A DNA stretch of 64,000 nucleotides, taken from Chloroflexota bacterium (GTDB lineage: Bacteria > Chloroflexota > Dehalococcoidia > GIF9 > UBA5629). The notes beneath the pieces were generated by a model, which was given only the letters and a program-made list of their open reading frames with translations, did no database searches and was not told the DNA's origin. Positions 1 to 10,104 of this stretch are shown one piece after another. The translations under genes were made by a program, and so were the position numbers. Where the stretch lies: positions 1,533-65,532 of the forward strand of contig VGNY01000001.1 of assembly GCA_016865895.1 (NCBI GenBank), given 5' to 3'. Positions within the stretch are counted from its first letter, which is position 1. Every line of letters begins with the position of its first letter.

Positions 1-1
1 G

Positions 2-172
2 AGCAAGGATGCTGCAGTACCAATATCAGAATGGCAATCTACACTAGAAGCAAAATCCAGCGACCTGCTTAAGAGAACTCTCACCTCGGAGACAACAAAC
101 AAAATAATTACCGGTATTCAGAAACTGGACAAGACCGATAACATAAAGAATATAGTCGAATTACTCAGTTAG
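2..172 (+). CDS. 3' end of a CDS that begins upstream of the window (product not assignable)
   Basis: The frame is open from nt 2 to TAG at 170-172 (...IQKLDKTDNIKNIVELLS*). It is followed directly by the SD/ATG of the next gene. Confidence 0.35.
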   Translation, partial: SKDAAVPISEWQSTLEAKSSDLLKRTLTSETTNKIITGIQKLDKTDNIKNIVELLS

Positions 173-244
173 AAAGGAGAGGGCTATATGTGAGTAGCAA
201 GATGTATAGTACGGATAAAAGATGAGAAAAGGAGGTTAAAGGAA

Positions 245-1378
245 ATGGTCAAATCAGCTAATGTAATTGGCAGTAAGGCTCTGATAGCATTATCACTTGT
301 TCTAGTCGCAGCTTTGGCATTGCCCGTGGTAAGCTGTGCACCCAAAGCACCAGAGGAAGCTGCTCCAGTGGTGAATGTCAGGATACATAGCCAGATGCCG
401 GTGGGACACTATGTCACTGAATCAGTTGACCTGTTTATCAAGGAGGCTGAAGCCAGGAGCAGAGGCAGTCTCAAGTTCACCCACTACCCGGCTATGCAAC
501 TCTACACTGATATCGCAGTAGCTGGCGTCTTATCCGATGGAGGGGTGGAGATGGCTCAAGTCCAGGGCCTCTACTTTGTCGGTAAAGTGTCTGAGGTCGC
601 CGGTGGACTACTTCCTGGGTTCTATAATGACCAAGACCACTACTTCCGGGCTGCCTACGATACTGACCATGGTGGTGGATTTGTAGACAAAATACTGGAG
701 CCAGCGTTTGAAAAGAAGGCAAATGTTAAAGTGCTGAGCTTCCTTGGTTATTCTATTAATTTATGCACCTTGACCAATAAGTCGGTGCGCAAGGTGGAGG
801 ATTACAAGGGGCTAAAGATAAGGTCGCTCGGAAAGTCTGCTAGCGTTTTGCTGCAAGCTTTGGGGGCTGCCCCCGTTGTGATGAGTGCAAGTGATGTCTA
901 TATGGCCCTGCAAAGGGGCACTATAGAAGGGGTGTTCAGCGGACTCACCAGCTTCTATGAGCGCAAGTGGTACGAGTCAGCCAAGTATGTCCAAAACTAT
1001 TACACCGGCTCGGCCAATTTCAGTCTAGCAGCTAACCTCGATTTCTGGAATAAACTGACTACTTCTCAGAAGAAGGCCATTATGGAAGCAGCCCTGATAG
1101 CTGAAATATACTCCATTGATAAGGCTTTGACAGGCGATGATGAGGCTCGTAAGGCGTTAATAGCTGCTGGGGTAGAAGTTTACGACTTCCCACGCTCAGA
1201 GGTTCAAAAGGTTAATGAATTGGCACGGCCTCCGCTTATCAAAATGGTAAATGAGGACCTGGGTACTGACGTCGGAGGACAGATAGTGAAGATGTTGGAG
1301 GACACGCTGGATGCAAAGACAACCTGGCAAAATTGCTGCAAGCAACACAATAAAAGACTCTTGGATACGCTAAAGTAA
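245..1378 (+). CDS. TRAP transporter solute-binding protein (DctP family), probable lipoprotein
   Basis: 377 aa. AAGGAGG lies about 10 nt upstream of the ATG. Signal peptide ends in a lipobox-like VVSC. Size and composition are typical of DctP-type SBPs. The fused DctQM permease follows immediately. Confidence 0.8.
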   Translation: MVKSANVIGSKALIALSLVLVAALALPVVSCAPKAPEEAAPVVNVRIHSQMPVGHYVTESVDLFIKEAEARSRGSLKFTHYPAMQLYTDIAVAGVLSDGGVEMAQVQGLYFVGKVSEVAGGLLPGFYNDQDHYFRAAYDTDHGGGFVDKILEPAFEKKANVKVLSFLGYSINLCTLTNKSVRKVEDYKGLKIRSLGKSASVLLQALGAAPVVMSASDVYMALQRGTIEGVFSGLTSFYERKWYESAKYVQNYYTGSANFSLAANLDFWNKLTTSQKKAIMEAALIAEIYSIDKALTGDDEARKALIAAGVEVYDFPRSEVQKVNELARPPLIKMVNEDLGTDVGGQIVKMLEDTLDAKTTWQNCCKQHNKRLLDTLK

Positions 1379-1440
1379 CTTCAGCATTGGTGGTGCCCTC
1401 TTGAATAAGGAGTCACCACATTAAGCAGAAGGAGAAACCA

Positions 1441-3327
1441 TTGGCAGCAAAAGTGGCACGTGCCTTAGGCAAGGGTATTGACACTCTATCGTTCGGCAGC
1501 GGCACCTTTGCCGGCATCATAATGCTAATAGCCGCTATCATCACCTGCTATGAGATAATCGCACGATATATATTTAACAGCCCCACTGTCTGGACTTTGG
1601 AAGTCACCATCTTCATCCTCATCTGGTTTGGTTTCATTGCCATGGCTTGTGCTCAGCGTGAGGGTAGACATATCCACCTTGACATCCTTGTGACCCGATT
1701 CTCGCCTCACACCAGAGCCATATGGGATATCATGACCATGGTTTTCACTCTGCTCTTTGTCGGCATCTTTACCTACTACAGTTATGATTTTTTAGCTGGT
1801 GCAGTAAAGTCGCATGAGACAACACTTGGCCTGTTTGTCGCTCCGATGTGGGTGCCAAAGCTGGCACTTTTCGCTGGTGGGGCACTTTTTGGGTTGCAGC
1901 TTATAAAAGATGTCGTCATTAAAGCTAACACCCTCAGGACTCAGCCTCTAGAAAAAGGTCAAGGACTTAAGGACAATCCGATTTTCCTTGTTCTCGTATT
2001 CCTGGTTGTAGTAAGCATTGGCATTTGGCTGTATCAGGTAGCTCCTGTCGGAGGCCTTATAGTATTGATGCTCACACTCCTCTTTGCCGGTGTGCCCGTC
2101 TTCGCTGCCTTGGCTCTGGCTGGCATCACCGGCTTATTCTTCGTCTACGGAGGACTAAGTGCACTGTCCACAATTCCTCATGTCGGCTTTGGTGCACTTT
2201 ATAACTTCGCCTTAGCCTGCCTGCCCCTCTTTATCATCGCTGGGCAATTGCTTGTTGACAGCGGTACTGGCAGTGAGTTGTATGACCTGTGCGACAAGTG
2301 GCTGGGGCATCTTCCCGGTGGGCTAGCGATAGCCACCATCATTGCTTGTGCCATATTTGCTGCCATTTCTATATCGAGTTTGGTTGTGGCCATAACCATC
2401 GGTCTGGTCGCACTTCCTGCGCTAGCTGCTCGCAGATATGATAAGCGCTTCTCCTACGGGGTTTTGACCGGCGGGGCCACCTTAGGAATTATGATTCCGC
2501 CCAGCGGTACGATGATTATCTATTCAGCAGTGACCGAGGAATCACTGGGTAAGCTGTTCATAGCTGGCTTCATACCCGGGATTATTCTTGTGGCAATGTT
2601 TGCCATATACACCATTTTCTTCTGTTCCCGAACCGGTGGGTACGAAAAGGTAAAACCGTATACCTGGAAGGAGCGGTTCGGTGCTTTTAAGACTGGAATT
2701 TGGGGCCTGCTGGTGCCGCTGATAATCATCGTCGGGATTTACACTGGAATCTTCACTGTCTTGGAAGCTGGGGCAGTGGTAGCAATATATGCTCTAGTAA
2801 TGAGCTTGGCACGGAAGAAGATAAAAGTCTCGCAGCTACCGAACGTCCTGAAAGACAGCGCGGTAAACGGGTCCCTGATTCTGGTCATAATTGCTGGCGC
2901 CCTCATCATGGGCCTTTTCATGACCTTGCTCCAGGTTCCCAACACTGTGGTGAGCTTAATCACCGCAGCTAACATACCCAACTGGGCAGTGATTGCAACA
3001 CTGATGGTGGGCTATATCATACTAGGTATGTTCTTAGAAGTTGTTTCTGTTATGCTGATTACACTACCCATCGTCTATCCGCTAATCATTTCCCTAGGCT
3101 TTGATGGCATATGGTTCGCTGTACTGGTAACCCTTAACATGGAGATGGCGCTGATAACCCCGCCGGTGGGCATGAACCTCTATATAGTGAAGGGTATTTC
3201 CGGTGCGCCTATCACCGATGTTGTCAGGGGAGTGCTACCGTTTTTTGTGATAATGCTGATAGGATTGGTTCTGTTCGCCGTGTTCCCGCAATTAAGCACG
3301 TGGCTACCTAGTCTGATGATTAGATGA
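1441..3327 (+). CDS. TRAP transporter fused small/large permease (DctQ-DctM)
   Basis: 628-aa polytopic membrane protein. N-terminal ~170 aa form a 4-TM DctQ-like module, followed by a long DctM-like module. TTG start is preceded by GGAG. Confidence 0.8.
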   Translation: MAAKVARALGKGIDTLSFGSGTFAGIIMLIAAIITCYEIIARYIFNSPTVWTLEVTIFILIWFGFIAMACAQREGRHIHLDILVTRFSPHTRAIWDIMTMVFTLLFVGIFTYYSYDFLAGAVKSHETTLGLFVAPMWVPKLALFAGGALFGLQLIKDVVIKANTLRTQPLEKGQGLKDNPIFLVLVFLVVVSIGIWLYQVAPVGGLIVLMLTLLFAGVPVFAALALAGITGLFFVYGGLSALSTIPHVGFGALYNFALACLPLFIIAGQLLVDSGTGSELYDLCDKWLGHLPGGLAIATIIACAIFAAISISSLVVAITIGLVALPALAARRYDKRFSYGVLTGGATLGIMIPPSGTMIIYSAVTEESLGKLFIAGFIPGIILVAMFAIYTIFFCSRTGGYEKVKPYTWKERFGAFKTGIWGLLVPLIIIVGIYTGIFTVLEAGAVVAIYALVMSLARKKIKVSQLPNVLKDSAVNGSLILVIIAGALIMGLFMTLLQVPNTVVSLITAANIPNWAVIATLMVGYIILGMFLEVVSVMLITLPIVYPLIISLGFDGIWFAVLVTLNMEMALITPPVGMNLYIVKGISGAPITDVVRGVLPFFVIMLIGLVLFAVFPQLSTWLPSLMIR

Positions 3328-3382
3328 CAACTAATGTCAAGTGGCAGTATCAGGTAGGAATTATCAAGAAAGGGGAAAAACA

Positions 3383-4150
3383 ATGAGCGATATACTCCTT
3401 GTAGAGAAGAGAAATTATATTTGCACTGTTTCTATCAACCGACCCGAAAGACGGAATGCCCTTAATCCCGAAGTAGTGCATCGTCTCAGGGAAACCTTCA
3501 GCAGTATAAAGCCAGGTGGCGATATTAGGGTGGTCATTCTCCGAGGTGCCGGAGACAAAGCCTTCTGTTCTGGAGCCGACCTTGAGGCCATCATAGGTGA
3601 GGAAGATGGTGGCAATATCTTGCAAAGAGCTATAGAAAGCGTGATTGCCTGCCCTTGCCCGGTTATCGCTATGATTTACGGATACGCCGTGGGGGCAGGG
3701 TGTGACCTGGCCGCTGCCTGCGACTTCAGAATAATTGCCGAATCAGCTCGGATAGGAATAAATCCTGTCAAGCTTGGCTTAGTATATTTCCCTAAAGCCA
3801 TAGAACGATTAATCAGGCTCATAGGAATTGGTTATACCAGAGAGTTGTTTTTCACCGGCAAGTTCTTCACAGCCCAGAGAGCCAAGGAGATGGGACTGGT
3901 CAATTACGTCGTGCCACCTGAACAGCTTGAGGAGACGACCTACACACTAGCCCAGGAAATTGCTGCTAACGCTCCTCTGGCTATAGCCGGGATGAAGTTC
4001 ATCATAAACAAACTCCTGTATAGCAAAATGAGTCCAGAAGAGGAAGCAGAGATGCGAGCTACCATGGAGAGCTCATGGCAAACTGAAGATGTGCAGGAGG
4101 GGGTGAAGGCATTTGTTGAAAAGCGCAAACCTGAATTCAAAGGAAGATGA
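3383..4150 (+). CDS. enoyl-CoA hydratase/isomerase (crotonase) family protein
   Basis: Crotonase motifs INRPERRNAL, FCSGADL and GYAVGAGCDLAAACD are present. The internal ATG at 3383 has an AAAGGGGA SD. The ORF-track start at 3341 is probably too far upstream. Confidence 0.85.
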   Translation: MSDILLVEKRNYICTVSINRPERRNALNPEVVHRLRETFSSIKPGGDIRVVILRGAGDKAFCSGADLEAIIGEEDGGNILQRAIESVIACPCPVIAMIYGYAVGAGCDLAAACDFRIIAESARIGINPVKLGLVYFPKAIERLIRLIGIGYTRELFFTGKFFTAQRAKEMGLVNYVVPPEQLEETTYTLAQEIAANAPLAIAGMKFIINKLLYSKMSPEEEAEMRATMESSWQTEDVQEGVKAFVEKRKPEFKGR

Positions 4151-6035
4151 AACATCCCAAGATTATGTCTTCTCCTATAAACTAGATTTGGAGTCAGGAA
4201 AGACACCTGTATTCCATCATCGCCTCGCTGAGCTTGCAAGGGTGATTCTGGAAAATATCCTTGATGTAATTGTGCCCTTGAAAGCGGGGGAGGAGGTTAA
4301 GGTCGACAGCTTTAGATGGCTTACGGACAAAGACCAAACATACCCACTATTTTCCAGAATAGATAGCTCTTCTTCCTCTCCCGACCTCAGCAAAACAAAA
4401 CATAGCCTTGGCTCAAAGACGAGCGAGCAAAGTCGTGCCCTCCAGAGTATAGCCAATGCCGCTTTCTACGAGCCTCGAATAGACTTAATTAAGAAACTGA
4501 CAGAGTCCCTTCTGACTTTGGTTGAATTTGAGCACAAAGGTAGACAAGTTAAAGTGGATGGTTTCAGACTGAAAAACCTTCAAGACTGGCTGGTTGCCAG
4601 CACTATAGACCCGAACGAAATCATTGACTATGCGGGAAGTCGTTGCGATTGTGATTGTGTTTTCTGCTGCAACAAAGGCAATCCTCCTTCGGTAGCTGTA
4701 TGTAATAGTCCAGATAGGACAGCCGAGGAGGAATTCAACGAAATCATAACGAGAATAGAGTATTTTTTGCCAGAAGCAGAAAGGGCTTTGTTTCCCAGTT
4801 TGGGCTGCGTTTACGAAACAGCGACACATCCATATTTTATAAATATGCTCCGACTGATTAGAGGCAAAACCTCTAAGCCATTCAGGATAACCACCAACGG
4901 CAGTAATCTAACCTCCTCGGTGGTTGCTGAATTAGCCAAAATGAAGCCGGTTTATTTGTACCTTTCCCTGAACAGCTCTTCACCGTCACGCCGCATGAAG
5001 TTAATGAGAGACCCTAATCCTGAGATAGCCATCAATTCATTGCCCTTGCTTAAACAATACGGCATACCGTATGCCACAGTAATTGTGCCCTGGCCATCAG
5101 AAACAATTGACGAAATGTTAGATGACCTCTCTTTTACAGTTGCTTACGCCGCCGAACATGAGGCAAATCTTGTTCAGGTCAACCTTCCCGGGTACTCCAG
5201 GCATTTTTCATCCACAGCACTTTTTGACCTTCACGATGCCTGGAAAGCAGTCATTATCCGGGTCCGAGAGCTCAGGGAAAAACACGCCTGCCCCATCATG
5301 GCTATGCCGACTTTGTATGAGGAAAACATCTACCACCAGCACAAAAACATGCCTCAAATAATAGGGCTGGTGAAGAACTCCCCTGCTCATCTAATCGGCC
5401 TGCAGAAAGGCGATATAATTAAGCAGATAAATGGCATACCTGTTCATGACAGACCACAGGCTCGCGACCTCCTTGCACTTATCCGGCAAAGTAGCGCAGA
5501 AAAGGTTAGTTTTAAATTGCAAAGGGACAAGCGAATGCTCGAAGCCACCTTAGACCTGACCAGGCATTCATATCCCTACTCAGAAGATATTGATGCTTAT
5601 TTTGGCATTATCTTCATGGGTACCGGGCTCAGAATGAGCTATATGGAAAACCTGAAAGAGATTGTGCAAGCCCGCGGGGCAAAGCATGTTCTTTTTCTTT
5701 CTTCAGAGCTGGTTAAACCAACCTTTGAGCAGTGCCTAACTGAGTCACATCTTTTTGGGGACAATCAGCTCGAAATAGACATAGAAGTTCCGAAGAACAA
5801 TTTCTTCGGCGGCAATATTTTTATGGGCGATTTATTAATAGTGCAGGACTTCATTGACCACATCAAAAACTATATAATGCGCAAGACATATAAACCAGAC
5901 TTGGTAGTAATTCCGTCCTCGCCTTTCAATCTCAGTGGATGGGAACGAGACCTAACCGGACGGGTATACCTTGACATTGAAAGGGAAACAGGAGTGCCGG
6001 TAGAACTTTTGCCCTGCACTACCATTTATGACTAA
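4113..6035 (+). CDS. radical SAM protein with PDZ domain and DUF512-like C-terminal domain (function unknown)
   Basis: CxxxCxxC cluster motif CDCDCVFC. PDZ-like segment IGLVKNSPAHLIGLQKGDIIKQINGIPV. C-terminal FFGGNIFMGDLLIVQDF resembles DUF512. The start codon is uncertain: the 4113 TTG overlaps the crotonase 3' end, and there is no in-frame ATG for more than 200 codons. Confidence 0.7.
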   Translation: MLKSANLNSKEDETSQDYVFSYKLDLESGKTPVFHHRLAELARVILENILDVIVPLKAGEEVKVDSFRWLTDKDQTYPLFSRIDSSSSSPDLSKTKHSLGSKTSEQSRALQSIANAAFYEPRIDLIKKLTESLLTLVEFEHKGRQVKVDGFRLKNLQDWLVASTIDPNEIIDYAGSRCDCDCVFCCNKGNPPSVAVCNSPDRTAEEEFNEIITRIEYFLPEAERALFPSLGCVYETATHPYFINMLRLIRGKTSKPFRITTNGSNLTSSVVAELAKMKPVYLYLSLNSSSPSRRMKLMRDPNPEIAINSLPLLKQYGIPYATVIVPWPSETIDEMLDDLSFTVAYAAEHEANLVQVNLPGYSRHFSSTALFDLHDAWKAVIIRVRELREKHACPIMAMPTLYEENIYHQHKNMPQIIGLVKNSPAHLIGLQKGDIIKQINGIPVHDRPQARDLLALIRQSSAEKVSFKLQRDKRMLEATLDLTRHSYPYSEDIDAYFGIIFMGTGLRMSYMENLKEIVQARGAKHVLFLSSELVKPTFEQCLTESHLFGDNQLEIDIEVPKNNFFGGNIFMGDLLIVQDFIDHIKNYIMRKTYKPDLVVIPSSPFNLSGWERDLTGRVYLDIERETGVPVELLPCTTIYD

Positions 6036-6129
6036 GAACAACTTGCCGACTTCGAGTCAGAGGAGGATGATGAGAGCGTTTATTAACTTGGGCTACCAAT
6101 GGCGAGGGAAACCGCCCTCGTCAGTGCGA

Positions 6130-6190
6130 GTCCCGATGCAATCGGGACGTGGCAATCTCGGTGGAGGGGAAAAGGCTTTGAGATTGCCAC
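6130..6190. repeat. palindromic repeat module (hairpin gtcccgat/atcgggac plus inverted gtggcaatctc/gagattgccac)
   Basis: Both sub-motifs recur in other intergenic repeat copies. gtcccgat..atcgggac is seen at 6271-6293, 48995-49017 and 54387-54410. cgtggcaatctc is seen at 13808-13819. Confidence 0.6.
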
Positions 6191-6219
6191 GCGGAGTCTA
6201 TCCTGAGCCTTTTCCCTAC

Positions 6220-6307
6220 TGTCATCCTGAGCGAAGCGAAGGATCTCAAGGCAAAGGACGAGATTCTTCGGTCGTCCCGATAAAATCGGGACTCCCTCAG
6301 AATGACA
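6220..6307. repeat. MITE-like element, family A (termini TGTCATyCTGAG ... CTCAGAATGACA), 88 bp
   Basis: 12-bp terminal inverted repeats. The internal gcgaagcgaagga and gattcttcg blocks are shared with copies at 48983, 54375, 58017, 29111 and 46393. Confidence 0.75.
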
Positions 6308-6411
6308 AAAGGCGAAGGACTCGCGATGACAAGAGGGAATTGATAAACGCTCTCAGTCTGAGATGATTTGACGAATACCGGCCAAGCGTACTTCAACAAA
6401 GGAGGTCAATT

Positions 6412-8145
6412 ATGAGCCAGGACATCGAGAAAATAAAACAAAAGAGAAAAGAGTGGGAAGAGAAGGTCTTGAAGCCGGCATTAGACAGGTTTTGGCTTAA
6501 GGAATCTCCGACTAAGTTCTATACTCCTGCCGACGTCGAGGGCTTTGATTTCCTAACTGATGTCGGTTTCCCCGGGGAATATCCATTTACCGCTAATACC
6601 TATCCCACCTCGCCTTATATACCGGCCCCAAGAAGAGGCTTGCCCGGAGCCTCTGGATTAGTGAGAGCCGCGACTTATTCAGGCTACGGGACAGCAGAAG
6701 ATACCAGGGACTACTACATGGAAATGCAAAAGCGAGGGCAAAAGAGAGGGCCTAATTTAGCCTTTGATTTGCCAACCCAATGTGGCTACGATTCAGATAA
6801 TCCTTTAGTTCGCGGAGAAATTGGCAAGACCGGCGTAGCAGTTGACACCTTAAGGGACTTTGAGGTGATTTACGAGCCCTTTCAGGGAGACCTGGAGCTT
6901 GATAATATCGCATCGAACTTCACCATCAACGGCCCGTGTAACATCATAGTATCAATGTATTTTGCTTTGGCTGAAAAAAGAGGAATACCTCTTGATAAGC
7001 TTCGAGCTACACCACAAAATGATATTTTAAAAGAGTTTATAGCTCGAGGTACCTATATCTTCCCACCCAGACATTCAATGAGGATGTTCCGTGATAGCTT
7101 AGTGTTCTTTGCCAAGCATTGTCCTCATGTAAATATCACCAGTGTAGGTGGCTACCACATCAGAGGAGCTGGAGCCACACGAGAACAAGATTTGGCTTTC
7201 AGTATGGCTATACTGATCGCCTATCTACAAGAAGGAGTTAAGACCGGCCTTGATGTTGACTCCTTCGCCCCCAGGTTTTCGGTCAATGCCTTTGGCGGCA
7301 GCATGGAGTTCTTCAAGGAAATAGCTTTTCAGCGAGCAGCTCGAAGAATGTGGGCCAAGATATTGAGAGAGAAATTCGGAGCCAAAAACGAGAGGAGTAT
7401 GCTTCTTCGCCAACCTGCCGGCGCTCATATGGGATATGAGAATTGCACTGTTCAGCGCCCTCTCAACAATCTAACCCGCTCAGTGGTGGGAGCTATTGCC
7501 TCAACTCTTTCCGGCGGACTTCCAATTCCCATGCCTCCTTACGATGAACCACTGGGGCTGGGCTGGAGTCTGGAGGCATCTCAGTTATCAGAGGATGCCT
7601 TCAAAATCCTGTATTATGAAGCTAATCTTAATGAGGTCATTGACCCTCTGGCCGGGTCTTACTACGTGGAACACTTAACCGATGAGATTGAAGAAGCCGC
7701 ATGGAAGGAACTAGACAAGATAGAAGCCATGGGTGGAGCAGTGGCTGCCATAGAGAGCGGATATATGCAGCGCGAGATAGCCAAGAGCGCTTACGAGCGA
7801 CAAAGAAGAATAGAGAGCGGCGAGGATTTGGTAGTCGGCGTTAACTGCTTCGTCGGCGAAAACGAACTGGAGGTACAGACTACCAGGTTGGTGCCGCATC
7901 CCTATGACCCAACTAAGAGAGAGCGAGCAGAAGATAGGCAAATCCGGAATCTTACCGAGGTAAAGAAAAACCGAGATAATCGTGCCGTGGCCCAGCTACT
8001 AAAGGAATTGAAAGGTAAAGCGGAAAAAGAAGCTGATAACCTCATTCCACACTTCATTGAATGTGCTAAAGCCTATGTTTCAGAACAAGAGATGTGTGAT
8101 GTCCTGAGAGAAGCCTTCGGCGAATACCAGCCGGCAACAATTTAA
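6412..8145 (+). CDS. methylmalonyl-CoA mutase-family large (substrate-binding TIM-barrel) subunit
   Basis: 577 aa. AAGGAGG SD. Family motifs [32 protein letters not shown] and [11 protein letters not shown] are present. There is no C-terminal B12 domain, so this is a split enzyme. Confidence 0.85.
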   Translation: MSQDIEKIKQKRKEWEEKVLKPALDRFWLKESPTKFYTPADVEGFDFLTDVGFPGEYPFTANTYPTSPYIPAPRRGLPGASGLVRAATYSGYGTAEDTRDYYMEMQKRGQKRGPNLAFDLPTQCGYDSDNPLVRGEIGKTGVAVDTLRDFEVIYEPFQGDLELDNIASNFTINGPCNIIVSMYFALAEKRGIPLDKLRATPQNDILKEFIARGTYIFPPRHSMRMFRDSLVFFAKHCPHVNITSVGGYHIRGAGATREQDLAFSMAILIAYLQEGVKTGLDVDSFAPRFSVNAFGGSMEFFKEIAFQRAARRMWAKILREKFGAKNERSMLLRQPAGAHMGYENCTVQRPLNNLTRSVVGAIASTLSGGLPIPMPPYDEPLGLGWSLEASQLSEDAFKILYYEANLNEVIDPLAGSYYVEHLTDEIEEAAWKELDKIEAMGGAVAAIESGYMQREIAKSAYERQRRIESGEDLVVGVNCFVGENELEVQTTRLVPHPYDPTKRERAEDRQIRNLTEVKKNRDNRAVAQLLKELKGKAEKEADNLIPHFIECAKAYVSEQEMCDVLREAFGEYQPATI

Positions 8146-8164
8146 CCGAGGAGGAGAGCCAAGA

Positions 8165-8569
8165 ATGAATGAAGGAAAGAGGATTAGAGTTCTCATAGCT
8201 AAGCCCGGCCTCGATGGGCATGACCGTGGAGCTAAGGTGCTCGCCCTGGGACTGAGAGACGAGGGCATGGAGACTATTTATACCGGGCTAAGGCAGACCC
8301 CGGAAAAGATAGTTCAGTCAGCTATACAGGAGGATGTGGATGTTGTGGGGCTAAGCTGCCTCTCAGGCGCCCACAAATATCTTTTCCCCAGAGTAATTGA
8401 ACTGCTGAAAGAAAAAAAGGCGAAAGATGTTTTGGTTATCGGCGGTGGGATTATATCCCCAGAAGACATACCCTTCCTCAAGGAGAAAGGAGTAAGCGAG
8501 ATTTTCGGCCCAGGGACCTCGATTAAAGAAATAGCCGAATACATCCGCCAGAACGTAAAAGCCAGATAG
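8165..8569 (+). CDS. B12-binding small subunit of the acyl-CoA mutase
   Basis: 134 aa. DxHxxG cobalamin motif ([10 protein letters not shown]) and VIGGG segment. Lies 20 nt downstream of the large subunit. Confidence 0.85.
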   Translation: MNEGKRIRVLIAKPGLDGHDRGAKVLALGLRDEGMETIYTGLRQTPEKIVQSAIQEDVDVVGLSCLSGAHKYLFPRVIELLKEKKAKDVLVIGGGIISPEDIPFLKEKGVSEIFGPGTSIKEIAEYIRQNVKAR

Positions 8570-8582
8570 AAAGGAGAGCGAA

Positions 8583-9851
8583 ATGGCTGGACCTTTAAGT
8601 GGATATAGAATATTAGATTTATCTCGTGCCATAGCTGGTCCTTACGGTGCTATGATTTTGGGTGACTTAGGAGCTGAGGTGATAAAGATAGAGCCTCCCG
8701 GAGGAGAGGTCAGCCGATTATTCCCCGGACCAAGCCATGAGGGAGAATCATTCTACTATATGGCTTTTAACCGCAACAAAAAAGCGGTGACCCTGGACTT
8801 AGGGACAGATGCTGGAAAGGAGGCTTTCTACGACCTGGTGAAAATTTCCGACGTTGTCTGGGACAATTTTCGCCCCGGTGTAATGGAAAGATTGGGTGCC
8901 GATTATAAGACTATAAAAAGGTTCAACCCAAAAATTATCTCGTGTTCCATTAGCGGATATGGTGCTACTGGGCCTTATGTAGACCGCCCCTCAGTGGACG
9001 TAGTGGTCCAAGGTATAGCCGGAACGATTAGTACCACAGGTGAACCAGGCGGACGACCGCTAAAACCGGGCTTCCCCGCTGCAGATATATTGGGTGGCTT
9101 ATTCGGCGCTATATCGGTAGTCTCCGCCCTTGCTCATCGGGAGCGAACTGGAGAGGGAAAGAAAATCGATGTGGAGATGCTCGGTTCCATGATGTCAGCA
9201 ATGGCATATGAGTTTTCGTACTACCTTTGCTCTGGAATCGTCCCCGGGCCTATGGGCTCAGGGCATCTGGCTCTTCTACCTTACGGTGTTTACAAATGTA
9301 AGGAGGGGTATGTAGCTATAGGACCGACCTGGCCAAGGCTGGCCAAGGTCATAGGCGCAGACTGGATGATAGATGACACCAGGTTTGTAAAGGGAGAGGA
9401 AAGATTAAAGCACCGTAAGGAATTCAATGAAGCCATTGAGGAGCATCTGGCTAAGGCACCCGCGGATGACTGGTTAGAGCTATTCTATGTTGAAGATATT
9501 ATCGCTGGGCCAATAAATACTATAGACAAGACTGCCACTGACCCGCAGGTGAAAGCCCGAAATATGATATTAAACCTTCCACATCATCTTGGCGGTGAGG
9601 TAAGGCTGGTCGGAAATCCAATGAAAATACCTGGCATCGAAGAAGAGAAATACACTGCTCCTCCCACATTAGGGCAGCATAACGACGAAATCTTGAAAGG
9701 ACTGCTGAATTATTCGGATGAGAAGATAGCGAAACTAAGGGACGAAGAAAAAAGACATGCGCTGGAATTACTGGCTCGCCTGGAAAAGACCTCGATGGAT
9801 GCAGCCACCCGCATTTTAGAAAAAGAGGCAGAGCAAGAGAAGAAAGAATAA
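8583..9851 (+). CDS. family III CoA-transferase (CaiB/BaiF family)
   Basis: The N-terminal segment GPLSGYRILDLSRAIAGPYGAMILGDLGAEVIKIEPP is typical of the family. There is a charged ~30-aa C-terminal tail. Confidence 0.85.
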   Translation: MAGPLSGYRILDLSRAIAGPYGAMILGDLGAEVIKIEPPGGEVSRLFPGPSHEGESFYYMAFNRNKKAVTLDLGTDAGKEAFYDLVKISDVVWDNFRPGVMERLGADYKTIKRFNPKIISCSISGYGATGPYVDRPSVDVVVQGIAGTISTTGEPGGRPLKPGFPAADILGGLFGAISVVSALAHRERTGEGKKIDVEMLGSMMSAMAYEFSYYLCSGIVPGPMGSGHLALLPYGVYKCKEGYVAIGPTWPRLAKVIGADWMIDDTRFVKGEERLKHRKEFNEAIEEHLAKAPADDWLELFYVEDIIAGPINTIDKTATDPQVKARNMILNLPHHLGGEVRLVGNPMKIPGIEEEKYTAPPTLGQHNDEILKGLLNYSDEKIAKLRDEEKRHALELLARLEKTSMDAATRILEKEAEQEKKE

Positions 9852-10072
9852 TTGAGAGTGAGGTAAGCGCCCAGAACCCTGTTTTAAACGCAGTGAAAAA
9901 ACTCGGGCTATAAACGTAGAGTTTAACTGGATTACATTCCTCGGTGGGCTTCACACCATCAGAATGGCAGACATCGGAATCACAAGAATGTCAAGTGCAC
10001 TCGGATTGCGCTTTCTCACGCTTTGGCTAAAAGGTGAATTGCCGCTGCACGAGACTGGCTAAAGTGCAATCT

Positions 10073-10104
10073 AGCTGAATTGAGCAAGGATTCAGCTCTT
10101 TTTG
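10073..10104 (+). terminator. possible rho-independent terminator (8-bp stem agctgaat/attcagct followed by a T-run)
   Basis: Hairpin at 10073-10097 is followed by CTTTTTG. It overlaps the stop codon of the convergent minus-strand gene. The stem is AT-rich. Confidence 0.35.

Noticed and set aside
6028-6399. ORFs 6028-6366 (+, 112 aa) and 6121-6399 (-, 92 aa) between the radical-SAM gene and the mutase
   Set aside because: Both are translations of the palindromic or MITE-like repeats (peptides such as CHPERSEGSQGKG and SFASLRMT). Neither has a SD site. The same peptide strings recur wherever the repeat occurs.
9520-9954. 144-aa minus-strand ORF
   Set aside because: It is antisense to the 3' end of the well-supported CoA-transferase gene. 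It has no SD site and an odd composition.
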